Below are positions 17,957 to 25,587 of a DNA stretch of 46,850 nucleotides, in pieces. Made by a program: the position numbers and the translations under genes. A model generated the notes under the pieces. It did no database searches and was not told where the DNA came from. It saw only the letters and a program-made list of their open reading frames with translations. Numbering within the stretch: the stretch's first letter is position 1; every line of letters begins with the position of its first letter. The stretch lies in contig JBBIMI010000004.1 in assembly GCA_037444485.1 (NCBI GenBank), positions 1 to 46,850 on the forward strand. Direction: 5' to 3'. This DNA comes from Candidatus Micrarchaeota archaeon. GTDB taxonomy: Archaea > Micrarchaeota > Micrarchaeia > Norongarragalinales > Norongarragalinaceae.

Positions 17957-18322
17957 TTGGAGACGTTCGTCGTCGACTCTCACGCGTGGATGTCTTACTT
18001 TCACAAAAACCTTTCCTTAAAAGCGTTCATCGAAGAAAACAATTTGAAAACGCCTTCAATGGCAGTAGCCGAACTAGCGACGGTGCTGCGCAAGCGAAGA
18101 GAACCAGAACAAAAAATAAGGGAAATCTTGGAATTCGTGTTTGAACGAAGCACTATCTTAGACCTCGACTATGCGCATGCAGTAAAAGCAGGAGAAATAG
18201 TTGTTAAAGAAAAAATGCATTTGAGCGACGCGATAATTTACTCGTACGCATCGAAGGACGAATGCGTGCTTACCGGCGACAAAGATTTCGCAGGCAAGCA
18301 GTTCGTGAAGCTCGTGAAGTGA
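17957..18322 (+). CDS. vapC: PIN-domain toxin (VapC)
   Basis: GAGGTGA RBS; FVVDSHAW, AVAEL, HLSDAII, LTGDKDF acidic PIN motifs. Confidence 0.88.
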   Translation: METFVVDSHAWMSYFHKNLSLKAFIEENNLKTPSMAVAELATVLRKRREPEQKIREILEFVFERSTILDLDYAHAVKAGEIVVKEKMHLSDAIIYSYASKDECVLTGDKDFAGKQFVKLVK

Positions 18323-18324
18323 CT

Positions 18325-18741
18325 TCATTTTCTCGCGTGAGTCCAAAAGTAGTTGAACAAGCGCTTGTAGCCTTCCGCAGTCGCCTTGTTTTCCACTACA
18401 CAGCGACAGGCGGCCGAGCTGTCCAAACGAATAAAACGATTTTATTGCCGAAAATCATTGTGTCAGTCGGACAGAATGCTTCGCTGGGCACGAAGCGCGC
18501 GCTGCCCACGTAATCCTCGAGCAGCTTCGGATTTTTTTTTCTTGACGTTTTCGTCGAAAAACCTTATTTTGCGTTCGAGAGCGACGAATGCGCGCATTGC
18601 ATCGTCGTGGCAGCGTCAAGCTTGCTCGAGGTCGTCACTGCGTTCCGCAGGCACTCGCTTGACAATCAAGTAGTAGGCAGGCAACTCGTTTTTGACTACT
18701 TGCTCGAAGCGATACAAACAGCGGAACGACAGAAACACCAT
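18325..18741 (-). pseudogene. Remnant of a TrmB-like regulator (effector/PLD-like C-terminal domain)
   Basis: Manual three-frame join gives RKIRFFDENVKK/NPKLLEDYVGSARFVPSEAFCPTDTMIFGNKIVLFVWTARPPVAV/VVENKATAEGYKRLFNYFWTHARK*. In-frame TGA at 18616-18618; frameshifts at the T9 run 18532-18540 and near 18400. Confidence 0.7.
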
Positions 18742-18797
18742 TAACGGTTATAAGCTTGAACACAATTAAAATTCTTTGCGTGATTGCGTGAAAGTGA

Positions 18798-19760
18798 TTG
18801 AATGAAAGTGATTGCGTGAACTTGTCTGAAGCCTCACAAAAACTCTTGCGCGAGTACATCGGTTTGAAAGCCGGCGAACACGTCGTATTAGTGACGGATG
18901 GCAACGCCCCAAATTTGTTTAAAGCACTCCGCGAAAACGCAAAACAATTAGGTGCTGCGGTCAGCGTGTTTGCAGTAAGCCAGAAAAGGCGGGACAGCGA
19001 ACCAATTCCTCAAGCCCGCTCGTTATTCAACTCGGCTGACGTCATCATCGCACCCACCGCGAAAAGCATTAGTCATTGCCCTGAAACGCGTGTGGCGCGA
19101 AAGCATTTCGGCGCGCGAGTCGCTTCAATGCCTGGAATCACTGAAAAACTTTTCTTGAAAGCGCTGGATTGCAACGCTTCGCGTGTTAGGAAAACGTGCG
19201 CGAGATTGCTGAAACAATTGAAGCACGCGCGTATAGTGTGCGTGAAAACTGCGAGTGGAACTGATTTGATGATTCGGTTGGGGCGTGAGAAGTTCAAGCC
19301 GGACGACGGGGTTTTGACAAAGCGCGGACGGTTGTCAAACATTCCGTTTGGTGAAGTCGGCGCCGCTCCAATCGAAAGCGCAGACGGCATCCTTGCAGTC
19401 GATTGTTGGAAGAAAACCATAAAACCTTCAGACAAGGCGGTATTGCAAATAAAAAACGGCAGAATAACTGGGTGGAGTGCGGCTGCAACGCCTCTCGTAA
19501 GACACTTGAAAAAAGCTGGCGAAAACGCGACGCGCGTCGTGGAATTTAGTTTTGGAACCAACACGTTCTTCAAAAAACCGGTTGGACTCACTTTATGTGA
19601 TGAAAAGATTGCTGGCACCGCGCACCTTGCGTTCGGTGGGTGGGGAAATGCGCGGAAAGCACGCGTTCACGAAGACGTGATTCTACTAGCGCCTAAAGCG
19701 TGGATTATGGAAAACGAGAGACTCACACCAATCAAACTAAAAAAAACACAATCAAACTAA
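18798..19760 (+). CDS. M29-family (thermophilic metalloprotease/AmpS-like) aminopeptidase
   Basis: RVASMPGIT, NIPFGEV, VVEFSFGTN, DEKIAGTAHLAFG, HED metal-ligand motifs. Start may be GTG 18816. Confidence 0.85.
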   Translation: MNESDCVNLSEASQKLLREYIGLKAGEHVVLVTDGNAPNLFKALRENAKQLGAAVSVFAVSQKRRDSEPIPQARSLFNSADVIIAPTAKSISHCPETRVARKHFGARVASMPGITEKLFLKALDCNASRVRKTCARLLKQLKHARIVCVKTASGTDLMIRLGREKFKPDDGVLTKRGRLSNIPFGEVGAAPIESADGILAVDCWKKTIKPSDKAVLQIKNGRITGWSAAATPLVRHLKKAGENATRVVEFSFGTNTFFKKPVGLTLCDEKIAGTAHLAFGGWGNARKARVHEDVILLAPKAWIMENERLTPIKLKKTQSN

Positions 19761-19814
19761 AAAAAACTAAAACACGTCTTTTAAACTGAAATACTAAATA
19801 CTGGAATACGTGTT

Positions 19815-20381
19815 TTAAGCGCGTTTCAAAACCAGCGCAGGCTTTTTGTTTTCTTCAAGCGCGTGGAACGCGAAAACGTTTTCGTTGGCGACAAAGTGCT
19901 TGTACAAAAGCGGTGAGACGAGCGCGGCGAGCGTGACGCTGCCAAGCAAGTGCGTGAGCGTGAACGGGATTTGTCCGACTACCGTCTGCGCGAGCGTTTG
20001 ATGAAATTCGAGGCCGAAGAAAAACGCGGTTACAGCATCGTAAAAAAGCGTTCCAAAAACCGCGAAGCCCACGAAGTGCCTGCGACCCACGCGTGAAACG
20101 CGTTGCAGGTAAACAGCAGCAAGCCAACCCACCACGCCGTAAGTCACCGCAGTATAAATCGTCCACAACCCGAGCTTGCCTGAAATTAAGTCGATTGCCG
20201 CCAGCGTGGCGAAAGCGAAGAGAAAGCCTGCGGTTTTGCCGAAGCGTTTAGCGAAAGGCATTGTAGTCGCGAGAATAGGCTCGAAGTTAGGCGGGTGCGG
20301 AATGAAGCGCGCGAGAACAGTAAACGCGATTCCAGTTGCGAACTTCAAGGAATTCTGGAGTTGCTTCAAAGTTCTCTCCAC
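19815..20381 (-). CDS. DUF6580-like putative ECF transporter S-component
   Basis: RFIPHPPNFEPI motif, ~6 TM helices, QIPFTLTHLLG. Confidence 0.7.
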   Translation of the reverse strand: MERTLKQLQNSLKFATGIAFTVLARFIPHPPNFEPILATTMPFAKRFGKTAGFLFAFATLAAIDLISGKLGLWTIYTAVTYGVVGWLAAVYLQRVSRVGRRHFVGFAVFGTLFYDAVTAFFFGLEFHQTLAQTVVGQIPFTLTHLLGSVTLAALVSPLLYKHFVANENVFAFHALEENKKPALVLKRA

Positions 20382-20498
20382 GAGTTGATAAACAATTTAA
20401 TAAGTTTTAGTAATGATTAGTAATGAAAGCGTTTGCGAATAAAAATGTTTTGCAGAGCATTGCAAAGTGCCGCGTTCATACCAATTTTTTTATACCAA

Positions 20499-20560
20499 TT
20501 TTTTAATACTTTTTTATACTATTTTGAAGTTTTTTAATACTTTTTTATACTATTTTGAAG
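20499..20560. repeat. Perfect 31-bp tandem duplication in a divergent promoter region
   Basis: ttttttaatacttttttatactattttgaag at 20499-20529 and 20530-20560. Confidence 0.92.
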
Positions 20561-20654
20561 CGCGTAACGTTGGCGTACTGGTTTAGTAACGTTAATGTAC
20601 TAGTTTAAGGTAAGCTTATTTCAAAACTCTTTTTTTCAAGGAGGCTTTCTTGCA

Positions 20655-21310
20655 GTGTTTAAGCCCGTTATAGGAGTGAGCAAACTGCGAGAGATAGCAC
20701 GCAAGCTACGCATTCAAGTCCTAGTTATGACTACTCGCGCTGGTTCTGGTAACCCCGGCGGTTCGCTTAGCAGCGCAGACATAATCACTGCATTATATTT
20801 CAATAAGATGAGGCACGACCCTGAAAATCTTGATTGGGAGCAGCGGGACCGTTTCGTTTTAAGTGAGGGCCACAGTTGTCCAATCGTATACGCTGCTCTC
20901 GCTGAATGCGGTTATTTTCCTAAAGAAGAGTTGAAAACGCTGCGTAAGCTTGGAAGCATTCTGCAAGGACATCCGGACGCGAAGAAAACTCCTGGAATAG
21001 AGTTTTCAACTGGCTCGCTTGGCCAGGGTTTGTCGCACGCGAACGGTATTGCGATGGCACTCCAACACGAGAACGTTAACTCGCGCGTTTACGTTTTGAT
21101 GGGCGACGGCGAGCTCCAGGAAGGACAAGTTTGGGAAGCATCGTTGCGGAAACGCTTGCTGAACGCGGAATTAGTATTTCCTTTAAGCGCGTAGGAACTA
21201 TTGGCTTTGGCGAGTCGAGTAATCCAGACGCGTTGCTTAAATCGCGTGGAATGGATGCTGAAAGCATCGCGCGACACGTTGAAAAGTTACTCAAGAAAAA
21301 TCAAGAATAA
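20655..21310 (+). pseudogene. tkt: Transketolase pseudogene: N-terminal subunit fused out of frame to the tail of the C-terminal subunit by an internal deletion
   Basis: GSGNPGGSLSSAD, RDRFVLSEGH, LQGHP, STGSLGQG, MGDGELQEGQVWEA, then a break. Another frame from 21138 reads SIVAETLAERG...KRVG...FGESSNPDALLKSRGMDAESI to TAA 21310, resembling a transketolase C-subunit terminus. Confidence 0.88.
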
Positions 21311-21376
21311 GAAAAGAGAAAGCAGGAAAAAAGTAAGACGAGCGAGAGTGGACAAGTGAGAGTAAACAAGTGAGAG

Positions 21377-21527
21377 TGGGCCTGCGGAGAATCCCGCCGC
21401 TTTTCTTTTTTCCAAGGTTTTTTCTTTTCCTAAAAGAAAAAAGCTTTTTTCCAAGAAAGAAAAGCTTTATCGAACTCCGGTTCTCCAGTGTGTGAGACTG
21501 GCGTCTTAACCACTCGACTACAGGCCC
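21377..21527 (-). tRNA. tRNA-Val(CAC) with a 78-nt intron at position 59/60
   Basis: Acceptor GGGCCTG/CAGGCCC, D arm GTCG/AGAC, anticodon arm CCAGT-CT CAC AC-ACTGG, T stem CGGAG/CTCCG. The T loop TTCGAT|T is split by 21468-21391. No CCA. Confidence 0.9.
21391..21468 (-). other. tRNA-Val intron (78 nt), long hairpin with bulge-helix-bulge-like ends
   Basis: Central helix TTCG/CGGG, 3-nt bulges AT^A and AT^T, intron stem GCTTTTCTTT/AAAGAAAAGC. Confidence 0.8.
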
Positions 21528-21642
21528 AGCTTAAACTATTCTAAAGCGCTCTTAAGCGTTGTTAAGCGCTTTAAAGTATTGAGCGAAAACTGGATTAAAA
21601 AACGCTGCGCTGAATTCCACTGGATTCAAGATTCCACTCGAT

Positions 21643-22062
21643 TCAAGCGCCGACGGCAGGTTCAGCATTTGACTCGTCTTGCGACTCGTTTTGCTCCTCG
21701 TTTTGCTGCGCGCTTTGGGTTTCGGTTTCGCTTTGAAGCGTTTCGTTTTGGGTGGCTTGGCGGGGCGCGTGTTCGCGGAGTCGTTCGTGGTAGCGGGAGT
21801 AGCGTTCGCGTTCTTGCGCGCGTTCTCGGTTGCGTTCGAGTTGGCGTTTCTTTTTCTCGTAGACGCGTAAGTGTTTTCCGCAGCCTGGGCAGTAGGCGAC
21901 TTCGCGTGTTATCACGCGCGTGTAAGGTTGTCCTTCTGCTACGTCTTTGCGTTCTAACGGGTTCGTGAAAACTGGTTTTTCTATGAATACTGCTTTGTCT
22001 CTGCGGACCATGCGCCCGCATTTTTCGCAAGTTACTAGGCGTTCTCTGCCTCTGTGCCCCAT
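21643..22062 (-). CDS. rps26e: 30S ribosomal protein eS26 with an acidic C-terminal extension
   Basis: VTCEKCGRMVRRDKAV and YCPGCGKH zinc-ribbon pattern of S26e; basic core, then an E/Q-rich tail. Confidence 0.8.
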   Translation of the reverse strand: MGHRGRERLVTCEKCGRMVRRDKAVFIEKPVFTNPLERKDVAEGQPYTRVITREVAYCPGCGKHLRVYEKKKRQLERNRERAQERERYSRYHERLREHAPRQATQNETLQSETETQSAQQNEEQNESQDESNAEPAVGA

Positions 22063-22212
22063 TGAAACCAACTCTTTTTTGAAGCGTGAATGTTTTTAGC
22101 ATTGTCGGTGATGAAAAGATTTTTATTTAATTAGCTTGTTGATTGGGATTGTTGTTGATTGGTTGTTGATTGGGATTGTTGAGAATAGTTTTAGTTGGTT
22201 GGGGGTTTTAAA

Positions 22213-23589
22213 ATGATTGGTTTGATGACGGGTTTACGGTTTAAAGCGTTTTGCTTCGCGTTGCTGGCGGTGGCCTTACTTGTTTTTTCTTTAAGCGCGT
22301 CTGCGCAGGAACCGCAGGCGCAGGGTGGTGGTGTTGACGGTGACGGTGTTGAAGCACAGTTGTTTCAAGCGACTGGCTGCGCGTTGCCTTTACAATGCGT
22401 TCCTTTGAACGTGGTTGGCCAGCAGATCAGCTATTGTAAGCGCGTTGATTTATCTTGCGGCGATCCAGCGCTCGCGTGCGTGCAATGCGTTCAAGAATTG
22501 AATGTTACGCGCGTTGCGTACTTGCTGAAGCAAGTCGCGAAAGGCAATGCGACCGCGCTTGCAGAATTGCGGGTTTTAATTAATCAAGTCAGGGAAGCGA
22601 AAGCAGCCGGCAGGCAAGCGTTCATCGAGAATTTCTTCATTAAAACGAGACTCGCTGCAAGTGCGAACGCGACTGCTTTCGACTCGCTTGGCCGCGCGTT
22701 ACGCGTCCGACGCGCGGCGCTGTTCTCCCTGCTGCAGGAAAACGGTTTGCAGTTAGTCGAGATTCCAGTCGAATTGCCGAACGGCGCCGTGCTCAAGAGT
22801 TTCCGCGATCCTGAAACCGGGGTTTCGCTTGAGAACGGCAAGCTAGTGATTCCAATGCGTGAAGGCAACAACATCGTGGGCGGCATCATCGCGGACGTCG
22901 ATGCCGGAAAAGCGAACGCAAGCGCGAACGGTAACGTAATCATGCGAATCAAGCAAGCGCGGCTCGCGTTCCGCGAGAAAATGGCTTTGTTTGACGACAA
23001 GTTTTTCGCCGCCAGCGTGAACGCGCGGTTGAAGAGAATAACTGAAAACGCGAGTGCCAGCATCGACTTGAAAAAAGTTCTCGGAGAAAAAACGCGCGCC
23101 AAGTTTGAAGCGCTCGCAAAACAAAAACGCTTTAGTTTACGCGAGTTAAGCGCAGTCATCGAAATTAAGAAAGCAGGTTTGCGCGACAAAAACGAAATCG
23201 ATGACGCCGAAATAGTGTTCCGCGTGCCAATGAGTTGGGTTCGCGCGCAGGGGGGCGTAAACAACGTGCGCGTCTTGCGCGAGGCTGACGATGGGAGCGT
23301 GGAAGAACTAGAAACAAGACTCATTAAAACAGGCTTGTTCGGAAACGCTGTTTTCAGCGCCGTAAGCCCGAATGGCTTAAGCGTTTTCGCTGTTTATTCA
23401 GTGCAATTCCTAAAGCCAGAATCAGGAAGTGTTACTCAAGCCCGGCCTTCAATTGAAGCGAGCGCTAGTCCGCCTGCAGAAGAAAAACGCGTTGTAGCAA
23501 CGCGGTTTGAAGAAATTTGGTTTATTGCAGTCGTACTCGTAATCGTTGGAATAGCCGCATTTTTTTACTCGAGGAAAAAGAAAACTTGA
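22213..23589 (+). CDS. Secreted/anchored protein with a PGF-pre-PGF-like domain
   Basis: Signal peptide, Cys-rich N-terminus, FRVPMSWV...LREADDG...ELET...AVSPNGLSVFAV (PGF-pre-PGF-like), TM helix and RKKKT tail; GGGGG RBS before ATG 22213. Confidence 0.78.
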   Translation: MIGLMTGLRFKAFCFALLAVALLVFSLSASAQEPQAQGGGVDGDGVEAQLFQATGCALPLQCVPLNVVGQQISYCKRVDLSCGDPALACVQCVQELNVTRVAYLLKQVAKGNATALAELRVLINQVREAKAAGRQAFIENFFIKTRLAASANATAFDSLGRALRVRRAALFSLLQENGLQLVEIPVELPNGAVLKSFRDPETGVSLENGKLVIPMREGNNIVGGIIADVDAGKANASANGNVIMRIKQARLAFREKMALFDDKFFAASVNARLKRITENASASIDLKKVLGEKTRAKFEALAKQKRFSLRELSAVIEIKKAGLRDKNEIDDAEIVFRVPMSWVRAQGGVNNVRVLREADDGSVEELETRLIKTGLFGNAVFSAVSPNGLSVFAVYSVQFLKPESGSVTQARPSIEASASPPAEEKRVVATRFEEIWFIAVVLVIVGIAAFFYSRKKKT

Positions 23590-23628
23590 TTACGTGGTTT
23601 GATTACGCGCACGGTTTGATTTAATTAA

Positions 23629-24198
23629 TTACACGGTGACGAACGCAAACAGTTGGTATGCGGAGAACACTAGCGCTATGGCCGCGAGCGCCGTGAGGAC
23701 TCCCTTCCATCCAGAGTTCTTCGAAGCGGTTTCAGCTGCGAAGCCGAACAAAGCGAATTGGTAGTAGGGAATCAAGCTTAACGCGAGCGGCACTGCAGCC
23801 GCGTTTCCAAGCACTGATTCAAAGAGAAAAACGATTATAGCCTCGATTGGCAGGAAGAACACTTGCACACTCAAGAACGTGGCGGCAGTCAAAAACGCGG
23901 TTGCAGCAAAACCTTGTCTTGAACCTAACGCGCGCGCAACCGCGAACACGATTGCGAGGAGGACTGCGAATACCGCGAGCACGACGAAGTAGTTGTAAAC
24001 GCTTCCGCCGAGCGTCGCGGCAGCCAAGTCTGTGGGAAAAGCAGCGATTAGCGCGGAAACGAGTAGGACGACGAGCAGGTTTTTCAGCGAAGCGCGTTTT
24101 TCAAGCGCGAGAATGCTCTCTTCGTTGAAGAAAACCAGCCCAACGTAGTCAAGCAACTTGTCCAATTTTTTCGACTTTGATTCTTTTTTCTTACCCAC
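23629..24198 (-). CDS. Multi-pass membrane protein (YIP1-like topology)
   Basis: About five hydrophobic helices after a basic N-terminus; GGGTG RBS before GTG 24198. Confidence 0.65.
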   Translation of the reverse strand: MGKKKESKSKKLDKLLDYVGLVFFNEESILALEKRASLKNLLVVLLVSALIAAFPTDLAAATLGGSVYNYFVVLAVFAVLLAIVFAVARALGSRQGFAATAFLTAATFLSVQVFFLPIEAIIVFLFESVLGNAAAVPLALSLIPYYQFALFGFAAETASKNSGWKGVLTALAAIALVFSAYQLFAFVTV

Positions 24199-24234
24199 GA
24201 AAAACACCCGCTCATTACTTGACTTTATACACTT

Positions 24235-25182
24235 TCAGTACTTGACTTTATACACTTTCACCGGCTTTGCTTTTCCCTTCAACAAAACTTCCTCGACTTC
24301 CTTGTGGAATTCAACCTGGTTTTTCACAAGCGAGTAGGTCGCTTCACTAACCACGATTTCTCCTGATTTTGCGACGCCATTCAATCGCGACGCGGTGTTA
24401 GGCACGTCGCCGATTACCGTGTAATCGACGAACTGGTGCGACCCGACGTTTCCCACGACAGCTTCTCCTGAATTGATTCCAATACCCACATTTACTTGTT
24501 CTTTGCCCTGCCGCACGAGTTCCGCGTTGACTTCAGCGAGCTTTTTCTGGATTTCGATGCTCGCCTTGACGGCGCGCAGCGCGTGGTCGGGCTGCGGAAC
24601 CGGCGCGTTGAAGAAAGCCATCACCGCGTCTCCAATGTACTTGTCTACAGTCGCGTCGTACTTCAACAAGACGTTCGTCACGACGTCGAAATACTTTTCA
24701 TTCAACAGCTTGACCAGTTCTTCTGGAGCGACGCGCTCGCTCAAGCTCGTAAAGCCACGGATGTCAGTAAAGAGAACGGTCACCATGTGCTTTTCGCCGC
24801 CGAGCTTCACGTCAGGATGCTCCATCAGCTCGTCAATAATGCGTTCCGAAACGTACTTCTGGAAAAAGCTTTTCACCTTCATCTTCTCGGCGCGCTCGCG
24901 CCTGCGGCTGGACTCGAGATAGCTGTAAGCGAAAAAGAAAATCAAGGGAATGAACGTGGCGACGAATGAAGTTTGTTCAAAGAAAGACTGCAAACGCGCG
25001 CCGTACAACGCGAGCCACTCGCTGCTCGCCACCAGCACGAGCGCGGCTACTAAAATCGGATAGCGGTACTTGCCGGAAGCCCAAAACGCCTTCATGAAGC
25101 GGACTATGCCGTAAAGAGAAAATAGAATCACGAACGCGTGAAAGTAAAAAATGAATTCAATCACTTTAACCACTACCGCCAC
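24235..25182 (-). CDS. Class III adenylate/guanylate cyclase with 3 N-terminal TM helices (adenylyl-type residues)
   Basis: VLFTDIRGFT, DKYIGDAVMAFF, GIGINSGEAVVGNVG, YTVIGDVPNTASRL, LLKGK. Confidence 0.92.
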   Translation of the reverse strand: MAVVVKVIEFIFYFHAFVILFSLYGIVRFMKAFWASGKYRYPILVAALVLVASSEWLALYGARLQSFFEQTSFVATFIPLIFFFAYSYLESSRRRERAEKMKVKSFFQKYVSERIIDELMEHPDVKLGGEKHMVTVLFTDIRGFTSLSERVAPEELVKLLNEKYFDVVTNVLLKYDATVDKYIGDAVMAFFNAPVPQPDHALRAVKASIEIQKKLAEVNAELVRQGKEQVNVGIGINSGEAVVGNVGSHQFVDYTVIGDVPNTASRLNGVAKSGEIVVSEATYSLVKNQVEFHKEVEEVLLKGKAKPVKVYKVKY

Positions 25183-25198
25183 TCATTGTTTCGCGTAT

Positions 25199-25585
25199 TT
25201 AATTCGCGTATTTAATTAAATCCTGCGGCTTGAAAACTTTTGAAACCAGTGCTCTTGCTGAAAATTCTTTGATTAGCTCGAAAGAAGCTAATTCCTTGCA
25301 TTTTGAAAAGGCGTAAGCGACTTTCATCGCTACCGTCTTTTCGACGTAGCCTTCCTTCGCGAATACGTACATCAAATCGCATTCGTCAATCAAGTCGCAT
25401 TCGTCAATCAAGTCGAAAGTGCGGAACAAAGCTTTTCTCTCGCCTTCAAAAACACGGTCGCCCAAACCTTTCTTTGGAGTCGAAACTTTAACGCCTTCAC
25501 CAGCTTCAGCAGCGCAGGCTTCGGCTAGTTTTTCTACGTCGTCGAAAAACCTTCTGCTGCCCGCGATGTAAACGCGTTTCAACAA
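25199..25585 (-). CDS. Nucleoside 2-deoxyribosyltransferase-like (flavodoxin-fold) protein, possibly degenerate
   Basis: VYIAGS N-terminus and IDECDLMYVFAKEGYVEKTVAMKVAYA resemble the DxxYV...GYxGxSxxxExxYA pattern; in-frame 18-nt duplication. Confidence 0.55.
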   Translation of the reverse strand: MLKRVYIAGSRRFFDDVEKLAEACAAEAGEGVKVSTPKKGLGDRVFEGERKALFRTFDLIDECDLIDECDLMYVFAKEGYVEKTVAMKVAYAFSKCKELASFELIKEFSARALVSKVFKPQDLIKYAN

Positions 25586-25587
25586 GT

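Noticed and set aside
21662-22102. Alternative-frame ORF overlapping eS26, and the many antisense ORFs inside long genes
   Set aside because: Shadow frames of CG-rich codon usage with no family motifs.
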